A DNA stretch of 64,000 nt from a bacterium (GCA_965216315.1 CBDCFN010000015.1:320001-384000); one strand, 5' to 3'. Positions 21,781 through 32,067 are shown, numbered from the stretch's first letter. Numbers and translations are program-made. Notes: a model not told the origin generated them from the letters alone.

Positions 21781-22895
21781 GGTTTATTTATTCCTTGAAT
21801 TGTTTACCTGCCACGCTCGCCGCGTGTATGGCTTCCCCATCAATCGGCTACATAGAGCGCTCACTCAATCCGCCGGATGTCTTGGCCATGCCCGAGCCCG
21901 AGGCGTCGCTTTTTTGTTCAGCCCGATCCGATGATTTGTTGCGGTTAAGTCCCGGCAATCCCATCGGTGCCTGCTATCATGACGGTTCGTTTCGACTGTT
22001 CGGCCTCGACAAATTAACGACCACCGACGTGATCGGAACACTTTGCGATCGAAGGCCGCCTAGCTTCATTTTACGACTCGATGATTTAATTACAATGCGA
22101 CTTGAGAAACGAATCTTTGAGGGACCTGTAAGCGGGCTAGTTCCCATCCTAAAAGAATTCTCACGTAGATCTTGGACAAGTCGATTGGAATATAAAGCGC
22201 TGATGTGGTCGTGCGAGCGGCTCAAGCAGGAAACATCTTTTGATAGCATTGAAGAAATCGAAGTTTTTTTTGAAGCGATCGAAGCGTTTTCAGTAGCTCC
22301 AGTCTTTCCAAGGGGTCAATCACTCGGAGAACTCAAGCTAAGCGTTTACTACGCATTACTAAAAGCAGTGGAACGTTTTCTGCCTATGGGAGATGTTACT
22401 TTGTATAATCGTATCCTTAGAGCCATCCCGGCAAGTTATTATGATCACTTATGCCGGGCAGAAGACGCTATATTCCGCCTGGAGAGCGCCGCCAATTTCG
22501 GTCTCAAGCAGCGACTCCAGATCTTTCAATGTCTACTCGAAATCACAACGGCACATTACCAGGCGCAGAATGTTTTCATGATGGAAGAACAACTCGCTGG
22601 GTTAATGGGACGTACGCGAAGAGGGTTGATAGGCACAAAAAATGCGTCAAGGCTGACTGAGCAAACAGAAATAGTGCACCGTATCTGGCAGATGCTTGCG
22701 AACGTCGATAGTCTTCATGAAATTGTTTCCCAACACCTAAAAGAACTCCTGAATCACATTGAAAACGGTGTCATTACAGCGCCTCATTATTACGCATCTG
22801 GTTCACGCGACAACGTCATTAAGAACCACAAACTACACGCGGCACTGATCCATATACGTGATACCATGGAAACAAAGCGTGGAGACAGCGCATGA
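21777..22895 (+). CDS. Hypothetical helical protein with type-A leader
   Basis: MRFIYSLNCLPATLAA...YIERSLNPPDVLAMPEP...FC; ATGA overlap. Confidence 0.75.
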   Translation: MRFIYSLNCLPATLAACMASPSIGYIERSLNPPDVLAMPEPEASLFCSARSDDLLRLSPGNPIGACYHDGSFRLFGLDKLTTTDVIGTLCDRRPPSFILRLDDLITMRLEKRIFEGPVSGLVPILKEFSRRSWTSRLEYKALMWSCERLKQETSFDSIEEIEVFFEAIEAFSVAPVFPRGQSLGELKLSVYYALLKAVERFLPMGDVTLYNRILRAIPASYYDHLCRAEDAIFRLESAANFGLKQRLQIFQCLLEITTAHYQAQNVFMMEEQLAGLMGRTRRGLIGTKNASRLTEQTEIVHRIWQMLANVDSLHEIVSQHLKELLNHIENGVITAPHYYASGSRDNVIKNHKLHAALIHIRDTMETKRGDSA

Positions 22896-23536
22896 CGTTC
22901 CTAGCTGTTAACCCACTTGCCATTACACCCGCGCTCGCCGCGAGTGCGACGAATATGAATTACTTGTCGCGCGCACTGAATCCGGCGGACGTGCTGGCAA
23001 TGCCGGATCCCAACGTTTCGCATTTTTGTCAGGTGAGTGGTGAGGACGGTTCTGGAAATCCACTGTTGGCCTCTTACGCTCCGGGGCACTTCCGAATCTT
23101 TGGCCTTCCACTATCGACCTCCCAAAAGGCAAATCTACTGACTCACAATGACGGATTGTTTAGGCAGCTCAATAATCTCCTCCAGGTTTCGGTCGCAGGC
23201 CGCGGAGTCGACCAGCTAAAGCCACTTTTGCTCGCTCTCTGTGATGCATGGGATGATGCCGACGGCTATCAGAAAAAGTATCTCGATGAAATCGACATAG
23301 CCATTCACGATATCCTCTCATCACCCGCGGCTTATGCAGGGCTTGATGACATGCGCGCGTTACTTCGCTGGGTTCGACGCTTGCCAAGTCAATCACACAC
23401 CTATGAGACACAGTTGATCGTTTATTCGGCCCTGCTTTGCGTACTTGATGACCGAGATGACTTTCTCGACATGGCAGAGGAAGCCGAGGACTTGTATGAA
23501 CTTATTATGGAACTCGTTCCCGATGAGTGGAAATGA
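22892..23536 (+). CDS. Hypothetical acidic helical protein with type-A leader; N-half paralogous to 21777 gene
   Basis: TPALAASATNMNYLSRALNPADVLAMPDP...FC; GNP...Y..G.FR.FGL shared with the 21777 product. Confidence 0.75.
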   Translation: MTFLAVNPLAITPALAASATNMNYLSRALNPADVLAMPDPNVSHFCQVSGEDGSGNPLLASYAPGHFRIFGLPLSTSQKANLLTHNDGLFRQLNNLLQVSVAGRGVDQLKPLLLALCDAWDDADGYQKKYLDEIDIAIHDILSSPAAYAGLDDMRALLRWVRRLPSQSHTYETQLIVYSALLCVLDDRDDFLDMAEEAEDLYELIMELVPDEWK

Positions 23537-24657
23537 TGAACGTCTCCTCCATCAACTATGCCCTCAACAGCACCGTACTTGCGAATACGATGGGGATGTC
23601 TTATCTCGGGCAGTTCATGAACCCGGCGGACCCGACGGTCATGCCGATGCCCAGGGATGTTTTCATTTGTTCGGCCCACAACGGCGATGACAATGACGGC
23701 GGGGGATCCGCCCCGGAACGGGAGACGCCGACTCTGTTTGACCTGATACTAAATAACAATGAGCGTGATATCGCGACGCTCTTGAAACGCACGGTGCAAA
23801 CGCCGCGACAACGGCTGCGCCAATTAGACGCCGAACTCCAACGCGTGCTCGCTTATGGGGAACCCTTGACGGAGAAACAGCGTGGGCTCTTGTTGTTTCG
23901 CGGCCTTCAATCAACGTGCTGGGATGAGTTGTTTGAACCGGATTTCGAGCAGGTACGTCTCTATGTTCCGGCAGTCAGCTGGGACCTGATGGCGCCGCAG
24001 GGCTTTCGTGTTACTAAGGCGCCGCTGGCGGCGGAAAACAGCGCCAACCTGCTGGCAATGGGTCGAATGCTGCTTGCCGCCGCTCGAGTGATGGATCAAC
24101 TGCGCTTGTGGGAGGCGGGACCGCGGCCTGAAGCCGGCCCGGAACGTGGCTGGCATATCGAGGGGTCGCGGCTCTTGCTCGCGGCGCCTAATGACATCAT
24201 GATCGAAATGGTGTTTGCCGCGGACTGTCGCGCCCTGCGTCTCAAAGTGGCTCAGGCCCAGAACGACGGCTTGATTGAGCTCGCATTGACGCATGCCGTG
24301 GCGGCCGGAACCCTGCAACCCCCCTTGTTCGAAGTCGTCATGGCGAGCACGGCGGTCGACCAACTCAAACAGTATTGTGGCCTTAGTCGAGGCGCGGCGC
24401 CTTTCGATCTTGCGGCGGGGCTGTTGGCACGCCTCCAATTCCGAGTGATCAGTGTCTTTCGTGACGATCAGGATTTTTTCGAGGTCATCGGGGAAATACG
24501 AAGCCACCGAATGCGGATTCGTGTCGGAGTGGCAACGGATCCTGATGCGGGTCTTGGAGTCGAGATGGCACTCTGGTCGAATCCCGGCCAGCGGGCGCGT
24601 CTTCATGGCGAGCCCCTGATTTTTTTGAACTGGATCAAAGGATTGCGTGAGTCATGA
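23533..24657 (+). CDS. Hypothetical protein with type-A leader and shared 'LR.YLG...W.W' domain
   Basis: YALNSTVLANTMGMSYLGQFMNPADP..MP.P...IC; VDQLKQYCGL; IFLNWI; ATGA overlap. Confidence 0.75.
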   Translation: MMNVSSINYALNSTVLANTMGMSYLGQFMNPADPTVMPMPRDVFICSAHNGDDNDGGGSAPERETPTLFDLILNNNERDIATLLKRTVQTPRQRLRQLDAELQRVLAYGEPLTEKQRGLLLFRGLQSTCWDELFEPDFEQVRLYVPAVSWDLMAPQGFRVTKAPLAAENSANLLAMGRMLLAAARVMDQLRLWEAGPRPEAGPERGWHIEGSRLLLAAPNDIMIEMVFAADCRALRLKVAQAQNDGLIELALTHAVAAGTLQPPLFEVVMASTAVDQLKQYCGLSRGAAPFDLAAGLLARLQFRVISVFRDDQDFFEVIGEIRSHRMRIRVGVATDPDAGLGVEMALWSNPGQRARLHGEPLIFLNWIKGLRES

Positions 24658-25490
24658 CGTTGCCGACGGCCGCGACGATGGTGCAATGGTTTCAACCCTT
24701 GGCTGCCTTGTATCTGCGCCATGCGGATCAGCTCGGGATCGACCAGCGCTATTTCACGACGACGGAGGAGGCCTTGCAGCACTTTCGCGCGCGCGCGCTG
24801 ACGGGTGAAGGCGCCGTGTCCGATGAACCGCGCCGTATCGCCCATCACCTCGTGCGGCATTTTGATAGCAACGCCTGGGCGGCGCAATTGAGCGGGCGTA
24901 CTGAACCCTGCCGGCGCGCTCTTTGGGACACGGTACAGGATGCGGCACAGGCCTTCAGCGCCTTAGGGGTGCACACCTTGGTGCGGAACAAGTCCGAGCG
25001 CCAGTGGGTCGATGAGATTGCGGCCTGGCGCGGGCGCCGTTTTGGGGACGCGCTGCACACGCCCTTGATACCGGCTCCCGGGCTAGAGAGGACATCTTTC
25101 GTGGACCAGTTGCAGCGTTCTTTAGATGGTGATCGCGATTGGTCCGATCGCTTCGCCATGCAGGTATGGGTCCATTATATCGGGGCGATGGCGGCGGTCG
25201 GTGACGGCGCAGCCGTGAATCTGCTGCTCAGTATCTATCAGGAAAGCGCAGGCCCGACACCCGGCGATGATCACGCGTTTCGTTCGGTCTTGGCCTCGGA
25301 ATTGGAATGGGTTTCCGATCGAAGGGCGGTGTTGGCGTTATTAAACGAAGCGCAGCGCAAGACGGCGCATTGGAGCAATGTCCTGCGCCAGCGCATCGGC
25401 TTGGAGCTCGGCCTGGAGGCCATTATCGCCACTGAACGGGCGGAGCGAGCCCAATGGCGGCTGGAGGCGGCAGGCGAACCGGGTGACTAG
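24654..25490 (+). CDS. Hypothetical helical protein, last gene of coupled array
   Basis: 278-aa ORF with ATGA overlap; weak leader MTLPTAATMVQWFQPLAA. Confidence 0.65.
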   Translation: MTLPTAATMVQWFQPLAALYLRHADQLGIDQRYFTTTEEALQHFRARALTGEGAVSDEPRRIAHHLVRHFDSNAWAAQLSGRTEPCRRALWDTVQDAAQAFSALGVHTLVRNKSERQWVDEIAAWRGRRFGDALHTPLIPAPGLERTSFVDQLQRSLDGDRDWSDRFAMQVWVHYIGAMAAVGDGAAVNLLLSIYQESAGPTPGDDHAFRSVLASELEWVSDRRAVLALLNEAQRKTAHWSNVLRQRIGLELGLEAIIATERAERAQWRLEAAGEPGD

Positions 25491-25533
25491 AGTGACTTGC
25501 CTTTAGCCCCACCATTATAGGAGGATTCCGCGC

Positions 25534-26337
25534 ATGCAAATTATCTATCTCATTTTAGGGGTGGCCGCCTTGGCCTTCGGGGGACTAACCATTTATCTGC
25601 GGGTCAAACGGCCGGAGAAACTCTGGAAACTCAAAGCGATGATCGAACGCTGGGGAGAGGTCCCGGGCAAGACGATCCACATCGTCGCCTATTCCTTATT
25701 ACCGATCTGGGTCGGCCTGGTCCTGGTCTTTGCCGGCATCGGGATTTCGCTTCCGAGCGGGACCCAACAAGCCGAGCTCAATCAGATCCTCGACGTCTTT
25801 AACGCCGGTGATCTCGACGCGAGTCGCACCCAACTCGAGGCCTTCTTGGCGAAACATCCGGAGCACGAAATTGCGCTGATCTTGTTGGGTCACGTCAATT
25901 ATGACCAGGGCAAGTTGGAGGCGGCGGAACAAAGCTACCAGCGGGCGATCACGGCCTCGGGCGGGAAGAGTTTTCGAGCCCATAATGCCATCGCTATTCT
26001 GTATGAAGCTGGGAACCAATTAGAACGTGCGGAAACCCATTACAATAAGTCGATTGAACTCAATCCCAAATATGCTCATGCCTATTCGGGGCTCGCCGTC
26101 GTGAAACTAAAAAATTCCGAGGACGAGGCCGCCCTCAAGTTGGCCCAAAAAGCCTATACCCTCAATAAAAAGGATGCCGTTATCGCCTCCAACCTGGCAG
26201 TAGCGTACCACTACAACCAGAACGTGACCGAACGCGACAAGATGGTCAAGCGGGCCGCGGAACTGGGCTATGCAAACGTCAAGGATCTCCAGCAGATCTT
26301 CAGTGGTGAGTTGACCATCCGCCCATCCGCGCCCTAG
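25534..26337 (+). CDS. Tetratricopeptide-repeat membrane protein
   Basis: Two N-terminal TM helices then TPRs (ALILLGHVNY..G..EAA..Y..AI; AH..IAILY...A..HY.KSIELNP); SD AGGAGG. Confidence 0.85.
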   Translation: MQIIYLILGVAALAFGGLTIYLRVKRPEKLWKLKAMIERWGEVPGKTIHIVAYSLLPIWVGLVLVFAGIGISLPSGTQQAELNQILDVFNAGDLDASRTQLEAFLAKHPEHEIALILLGHVNYDQGKLEAAEQSYQRAITASGGKSFRAHNAIAILYEAGNQLERAETHYNKSIELNPKYAHAYSGLAVVKLKNSEDEAALKLAQKAYTLNKKDAVIASNLAVAYHYNQNVTERDKMVKRAAELGYANVKDLQQIFSGELTIRPSAP

Positions 26338-29051
26338 CGCGGACTAAAAAAGGGACTCTCCGATTCTATTTCAGGTTCAGGTAACTGCTTCGTGTTGATG
26401 GGTTCGATGGGCACCGATCCGCCTCCCTCGCCTGACGCACCACCACAACGATCCGGGTTGGCGCGACAGAAGGCATCCATTAAAGAGCTCCCGGGATCAC
26501 CTGCCGGACTACCGGCGCCGCCCGCGAGGCCGCCGCTGCAACAGGCTGCCAGCTGCGTCATGCTACTCGTGATGCCGAGTGGGTTGTTGAGCATGGTGGT
26601 CCCATCACACATCACCGTCGAACACGCCATGGTTTGGGTCAGATCATACAGCAAGTGCGGGGCACAGACGGCTCCAATCCCAAAAGCACCGGTGTTCTCC
26701 TCACAGTAGGCACGGGTGCCTCCTGTCGAGCTGCACGGGTCGCGGTTGATTGGGCCGGGCGGTTGTTCAATGCATTGGGTGAGGCGTTTATGGACAACGT
26801 CGGCGTAACTACAGCCGGATAGACCGCAGTGGCTGCTATCAGCACCGCAACTGAACATTGGGCCCGCGCGGGAATAAATGTCGCGAAGGACGCGATCAGT
26901 CCGTGCGGTATTGGTGGGATCGAAAGATCGGCCTCCCTCCGCGTCTATCAGGCTGTCCAATGCAATTACAATGCTTGCAGACATGACAGCACGCTGGATG
27001 GCTGCTGATCCTTGACGGTAGGTCGTTGCGTCAACCCAGACCTCCAGCGTTCCATCGGGATTAGTCCTGATTTGGAACCCGAAGTCACTGCCACTATCAC
27101 CTCCCACGTGGACACGGATATTGCCATGCGACATATCGTAAGCTGCTTTGGAGATGGCTGAAATAGCCTTGTATTCGAGATTGTCAGGAACCCGTTGTCG
27201 GGGGACCCCGTAGCGATCGGCGGCGACGCGCGCTACTTGTTGGGCTAAAGGCGTGTCCTCGCCACCGAAGCCAGCCGCATCCGCCTCTGCATCATCAGCC
27301 CTATCTTGTACGTCACCGGCCGCCTCTCTCACGGTCTCCTCTTGTTCCGCGCGGACTTCCGGGGGCGGCGGGGGATCATCCTCATCATCCGAAGCAATCT
27401 TCACCTGACAATAGGGATTATTCGCCAGCGGTGCGGTGAATATTTCAACGGGGATGGTGCCACCCAGGGCCTCCATCGTGCACTGAAATAAGCGCGCTTC
27501 TTCTTGATTCGCAGAAAACTTGGAGCCTTGCGAGAGGCGTCGCCCGCGGCACTGTCCCGCCGCATCGAAGCCGGCCTGGCTGTTGCCGTCACCGGAGGCA
27601 CAATTGCCCTCGCCTCCGGTCGCAGTCGACGGATCCAATGCGGCGCGTAGGTCCGCACTCCTTTGCGGGCGGGAAGGGGCCGCACCGGACGGAAAGAAGT
27701 TGTTTTGTGGCCCGGATAGTTTACCTAACTGCGAAATATCCCAATTGGATCGAGCCGTGGCGCCAGAGGCGCCTCCGGAGGCACAGGATTGCGGACAGAG
27801 ATTATTGTTGGCGCTCCGCTGAAGTAGAAAACAGGTGGCGTCGGCGTCGATCCGGTTGAGCAGCCCTTTGTCGATGAAGTCCAAGGGGTTCTCAAGTTCG
27901 ACTTTGACGAGGCGGTCTTGACTCAGGTCAAATAGGACAATTCCGTAGTTCTGAGCATCGAGTGAAAATTTATCGCCGAGCGTCTCGGCCAAGGTCCTAA
28001 TAAGGGGCATGTCTGCGTCAGTGGCCATCTCCGGATTGAACAGCGACAGCTTGGCCCGCAAGATCTCCAAGTTTGGCTGTGGACTGACGGCACCCGCCAA
28101 GTCGTTTAACTGCACGGTCAAGGGCAGCACACCATTTAGATGATGCAGGGCCAAGATACGTCGATCCGATTCGATCAGTTGCTGGACTAAATCCAAGGTG
28201 ATGGCATGATGGAGTGAATTGGCTCGGACGATGTCGGAACCGCGAATTTTCATAAAGCGCTCATGAAAGTCAGAGTTAGCCTGCCACGCGGCACCGATAT
28301 TTCCATGATGATAGGCGACCAAGAAGCGAATCAGGGCGTAATCGATGCCGTTATCTCCCTCGGGAAACATCTCACTCTGGATCTCACCAAAAGGGCCTAT
28401 GCCGGCCGCTGGCAGTTCGGAATAGAAGCGAGCGCCTTGCAGCCAGGCCAGGGTCTCGAGCGATGCTTTCAAGTCGGTATCCGGGGTAATCGTCGCGTCG
28501 GTGGGGAGCTGAGCGAAGAGCTGGCGAATCACGGCCCCGAGTTGTTCCGTCAGCTGACGCTGCTTGATATCGTTTATAGACTCCTCCACGCGGGGCCTCT
28601 CCGCCGTTTCTGTCTTTAGTTCGGCCTCTGGTCGTTTGGCGTCGATAGTAACGGAGTTTTGAGTCGACGTGTTCTTATCTCCGCTGCTAAAAAAGTCGAG
28701 CGGCAATCTACTCAGAATATTTTTTAAGAACGACGACGTTTGCGCTGGTGCTGGCGTTGCGGCGACCAGGGGATACATGTCGCGAATTATGCTGGCGAGC
28801 CCTTGTCCGGCGCCAATCACGCGCTGCCGTTCAAAGTGGATATAGGCGTCCAGGTACTGGTGCAGTTGCTGTAGTGACGTGGGGGGTGCCGCCGTTCGGC
28901 TTACGTCACGTAATGCCATGGGCGCAGGCCTGATTTGTTTGAGTGAGGTTTCGGTTTTTGGTGCCGCACTCAGCGGTGTGGCGGTGAGGCCGACGATGAA
29001 GAGGCTAAGGACCGCAATGAGATACCAACTGGATCGATGAATGTGTCGCAT
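26334..29051 (-). CDS. Large secreted Cys-rich hypothetical protein (~905 aa)
   Basis: Start ATG 29051 after GAGGAG; Sec-like signal MRHIHRSSWYLIAVLSLFIVGLTATPLSA-A; Cys/Gly-rich C-terminal half. Confidence 0.75.
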   Translation of the reverse strand: MRHIHRSSWYLIAVLSLFIVGLTATPLSAAPKTETSLKQIRPAPMALRDVSRTAAPPTSLQQLHQYLDAYIHFERQRVIGAGQGLASIIRDMYPLVAATPAPAQTSSFLKNILSRLPLDFFSSGDKNTSTQNSVTIDAKRPEAELKTETAERPRVEESINDIKQRQLTEQLGAVIRQLFAQLPTDATITPDTDLKASLETLAWLQGARFYSELPAAGIGPFGEIQSEMFPEGDNGIDYALIRFLVAYHHGNIGAAWQANSDFHERFMKIRGSDIVRANSLHHAITLDLVQQLIESDRRILALHHLNGVLPLTVQLNDLAGAVSPQPNLEILRAKLSLFNPEMATDADMPLIRTLAETLGDKFSLDAQNYGIVLFDLSQDRLVKVELENPLDFIDKGLLNRIDADATCFLLQRSANNNLCPQSCASGGASGATARSNWDISQLGKLSGPQNNFFPSGAAPSRPQRSADLRAALDPSTATGGEGNCASGDGNSQAGFDAAGQCRGRRLSQGSKFSANQEEARLFQCTMEALGGTIPVEIFTAPLANNPYCQVKIASDDEDDPPPPPEVRAEQEETVREAAGDVQDRADDAEADAAGFGGEDTPLAQQVARVAADRYGVPRQRVPDNLEYKAISAISKAAYDMSHGNIRVHVGGDSGSDFGFQIRTNPDGTLEVWVDATTYRQGSAAIQRAVMSASIVIALDSLIDAEGGRSFDPTNTARTDRVLRDIYSRAGPMFSCGADSSHCGLSGCSYADVVHKRLTQCIEQPPGPINRDPCSSTGGTRAYCEENTGAFGIGAVCAPHLLYDLTQTMACSTVMCDGTTMLNNPLGITSSMTQLAACCSGGLAGGAGSPAGDPGSSLMDAFCRANPDRCGGASGEGGGSVPIEPINTKQLPEPEIESESPFFSPR

Positions 29052-29079
29052 GTTCAAGTTCTCCTCAACGCTAGATCGC

Positions 29080-29095
29080 TGCAATATGAGTGCCA
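29080..29095 (-). promoter_or_regulatory. Sigma54 (-24/-12) promoter
   Basis: Reverse strand TGGCAC-TCATA-TTGCA, consensus match, with AT-rich upstream region. Confidence 0.75.
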
Positions 29096-29237
29096 TGGCG
29101 AAATAATATATATATCTGAAAAATATAGAGTTTGTAAGAAATTTAGACAGAACAATATTATCAAATTGATAATATTATCATTATGATAATAAATTAGCGA
29201 AAATCCTGGAAAAGTAGGCTGACATCTACAGACCTGT

Positions 29238-29786
29238 TTAACCCATCATCAAGGCGCTGTTGAGGAGACTCGCGTCACGATCGAAATAGAGCGCAATCGG
29301 ATCGTCCGTAGTCAAGGCGAGCAGGGCGAGGCCGGTGTGCAGGTCCGTAAAATTGGTCAGGGGTGCGAAGGTGGCGCGGGCGGCTGTCTCGGTTGCCTGA
29401 ATTCTTTCCTGTTGCTGCTCTTTTGCCGTCTCGACTTCATAGAGGCTGACCGCTGCGTCATAAGCCGAACGGATCAATTCATCAAAACGAGCGGTTTCTT
29501 GCTGGGCCAGCTCGCCGCGCGTTCCACTGAATTGTTGCGCGTCATTGGCGAGGGACTCCTGAAAACCCCTGAGTCCCGCAAGCTGTTGGATCAGTTCGTT
29601 GCGTCGGTAGACAAAACGGCCTCGTGGATTGGGCAAGGTAAAGACCATCTCCGGCGGCCGCAAGTAGACCTGATTCATTGTCTTGCGGGGCCAGTGGACC
29701 GGGCCGACGTGCAGGCTATGCGCGACGGGGGCCATCGCAGCCATCGTGTTCAAATAGGATAGATAATAGTTAGTCGCTAGGGACAT
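29238..29786 (-). CDS. Hypothetical coiled-coil protein with leader
   Basis: MSLATNYYLSYLNTMAAMAP N-terminus; preceded by hairpin-SD and sigma28-like promoter. Confidence 0.72.
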   Translation of the reverse strand: MSLATNYYLSYLNTMAAMAPVAHSLHVGPVHWPRKTMNQVYLRPPEMVFTLPNPRGRFVYRRNELIQQLAGLRGFQESLANDAQQFSGTRGELAQQETARFDELIRSAYDAAVSLYEVETAKEQQQERIQATETAARATFAPLTNFTDLHTGLALLALTTDDPIALYFDRDASLLNSALMMG

Positions 29787-29787
29787 A

Positions 29788-29846
29788 CCCTCTCCTCAAT
29801 CTCCCCATGAGACATTCTCGTTGTCGCAATTCCGGCCCTGGAGTTG
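29788..29846 (-). promoter_or_regulatory. Sigma28-like promoter (copy 3) plus variant hairpin-SD (copy 3)
   Basis: Reverse strand CAAC-N15-GCGACA (29846-29822), then TCTC-ATGGG-GAGA-TTGAGGAGAGG. Confidence 0.65.
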
Positions 29847-29900
29847 TGTAAAAAGGGCCTTTGAGCCCCATTTTGACGAATCTTCGCAAAGAACTTCAGA

Positions 29901-29975
29901 CAACCTTGCGCAATCAGGGTCGATAAGGCCCCCGCAAGCCCACTCTTTCACTTGTCATGGGGACAAGAGGAGGAG
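29901..29975 (+). promoter_or_regulatory. Sigma28-like promoter (copy 4) plus hairpin-SD (copy 4)
   Basis: CAAC-N15-TCGATA (29901-29925); CTCTTTCA-CTTGTC-ATGGG-GACAAG-AGGAGG from 29943. Confidence 0.75.
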
Positions 29976-29977
29976 TC

Positions 29978-30922
29978 ATGTCTCTGCTAAGCAGTAGTCT
30001 TTCCTTTAATTCGATGGCCTTGGCGAGTGCAGCCGGGTCTCAAAGACTGCTTACGAGCACGGCTCTAGGGCCATGGCTCAACGCCTTTCACTCGCAGCCT
30101 GACGTGGGGCAATTGACAGTTCCAATTGTGACGCCCGATCCAGCTCAAGCCAGTGGATTTCAAATTGCTGCGGTGCCACTGACACGTGGCAATGCAGTGC
30201 AAACGATCAGAATGATTAAGCAAATCTTGGCCGAGTTGCCGCGGGATGCTCATGGGATGCAGTTCAAGTTGACTCAACTGAGCGAAGATTGGGTTGTATC
30301 CTTTAAGATGTTTACATTTTTACCGGTCATGACTTTTAGCCGGCCGGGTCGCCGTATCAAAATTATGTCTAATTCGTGTCGCGATGCAGCCCGTATTGTG
30401 GTGGAGGAGGGTTATGAGGCGGCAAACGTGCGACAATCGGTTTTGATAACTGAGTCTCATCCAAACCGGTTTTTTATTGATAGCTATTGTTTTAGGATTG
30501 AATCCGTGTTGGTGGAAAGTCTATGCACCTATCTCAACCTGCCCACGAATGCTCCTCTTGAAGTCATCGCGCACGCGCTTCCTGCTGAAATCAGCTTTGA
30601 AGCGGGGGTCCAACGAAGCGAAGATCCTGTTCATGAGCCAATGGAGGGAGCCTTAGAGCTCGAAAGTCAACGAGTCGGTCAAACCCTTGGCGTGCATGCG
30701 GGACTTGATCCCAGCGCGCGGCGGCGCGCCGAGTATTCCGAACGCATTCATGTTTGGCTAACCATGGACCCAGAACACGACGGTCGAATGACGCCGGAGC
30801 AACTCAAATTCTGGAACTGGGTCCGATCACGCATTCAGCCTAGTGCTGAGGAGACCGCGGCATATTTGAAGCGTACTGAGGCGCGCTACCGAGCAACGGC
30901 GGGTCATGATCCAAGTGCCTGA
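29978..30922 (+). CDS. Hypothetical protein with type-B leader and shared domain; paralog of 32245 gene
   Basis: MSLLSSSLSFNSMALASA...WLNAF..QP..GQLTVP; ANVRQ, LVESLCTYLNLPTNAPLE, QLKFWNWV. Confidence 0.8.
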   Translation: MSLLSSSLSFNSMALASAAGSQRLLTSTALGPWLNAFHSQPDVGQLTVPIVTPDPAQASGFQIAAVPLTRGNAVQTIRMIKQILAELPRDAHGMQFKLTQLSEDWVVSFKMFTFLPVMTFSRPGRRIKIMSNSCRDAARIVVEEGYEAANVRQSVLITESHPNRFFIDSYCFRIESVLVESLCTYLNLPTNAPLEVIAHALPAEISFEAGVQRSEDPVHEPMEGALELESQRVGQTLGVHAGLDPSARRRAEYSERIHVWLTMDPEHDGRMTPEQLKFWNWVRSRIQPSAEETAAYLKRTEARYRATAGHDPSA

Positions 30923-30948
30923 ATAAGGCAAAAAATTCTTTCACGGTC

Positions 30949-32067
30949 CTACATGCTGGGCCACCGGAGTGAATAACTGACGCTCCGGCCTTTAGGCTCG
31001 TTGGGCTGTAAAATTCCCTTGTTGCAAAGGTCGCGTATTTCCCGATAGGCGGTTGCCCGACTGACGCGGGCAATGGAAACATACTTGCGGGTACTCAAGC
31101 CCCCTTCGAAACCACTAGGTCCCACAGCGAGGAGTTTGTTAAGGACCTTGCGCTGTCGTTTGTTGAGCGGCGTTTGAGCATGTTCTTGCCAGAATTTGGC
31201 TTTGAGCAGCACCGTCTCAATGAGCGACTCGGAGTTTTTCATCGCGCGTTCGCAGCATGCTAAGAACCATGAGAGCCACTCCGTAATATCACCGTCACCG
31301 TGCTGGGATTGTTCCAGGACATCATAATAGGTCTTGCGTTCCGTCATGATTTGAGAGGAGAGGCTGTAAAAGCGCTGCGACTGTTGCTCGTCTTGGGCTA
31401 AGGCCATGTCGGTGAGGGCGCGTGCGACCCGGCCATTTCCGTCTTCAAAGGGATGAATCGTGACAAAGTAAAAATGAGCGATACCGGCGCGGATGAAGCC
31501 TTCAATCTTGCCCTGGCTCTGCTTCCACCACGTCAGAAAGCGGCGCATATCGGTTGCCACGCGATCGTGGGGCGGCGCTTCGAAGTGAATTTTCTCGCGA
31601 CCGATCGGACCGGAGACGACCCGCATCGGTGTTGGACCCCGCCATTGACCGACTCGAATGCGGTGCAGACCCGAGTAGCCGGTCGGAAACAGCGCGGCTT
31701 GCCATCCCTTGAGACGCTGGGCGGACAGGGACTTGTCATAATGGACCGTTGCATCGAGGAGGACGTCGACCAAGCCATCCACCTGACGATCCGGTACGGG
31801 TAATCCAGCTGTCGGGAGCCCAAGATGTCTCGCCACCGAGGAGCGGATGGCTTCGGGATTCAGGGATTCGCCTTCGATCGCTGCCGTCTTGAGGGCCTCT
31901 TCGCTTAAGACCGCCGCGCGGGCCTCTTCCGTAAGATCGAGGCCCAGGGCCTCAATTTTGTTGATGAGTTGGCCTTGCCGCAATCGCGTTCGCCCGAGTG
32001 GCTGGGCCAATGTCTCACTCTGCCAGCTCAAGTTGGGCCAGCAGGCTCTTTGCCATACATAGGTCAT
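30949..32067 (-). CDS. Fic family protein (DUF4172 N-terminus, C-terminal wHTH)
   Basis: YVWQ...WP N-terminus, IEGESL, IHPFEDGNGRVAR Fic motif, SRATAYREI HTH. Confidence 0.93.
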   Translation of the reverse strand: MTYVWQRACWPNLSWQSETLAQPLGRTRLRQGQLINKIEALGLDLTEEARAAVLSEEALKTAAIEGESLNPEAIRSSVARHLGLPTAGLPVPDRQVDGLVDVLLDATVHYDKSLSAQRLKGWQAALFPTGYSGLHRIRVGQWRGPTPMRVVSGPIGREKIHFEAPPHDRVATDMRRFLTWWKQSQGKIEGFIRAGIAHFYFVTIHPFEDGNGRVARALTDMALAQDEQQSQRFYSLSSQIMTERKTYYDVLEQSQHGDGDITEWLSWFLACCERAMKNSESLIETVLLKAKFWQEHAQTPLNKRQRKVLNKLLAVGPSGFEGGLSTRKYVSIARVSRATAYREIRDLCNKGILQPNEPKGRSVSYSLRWPSM

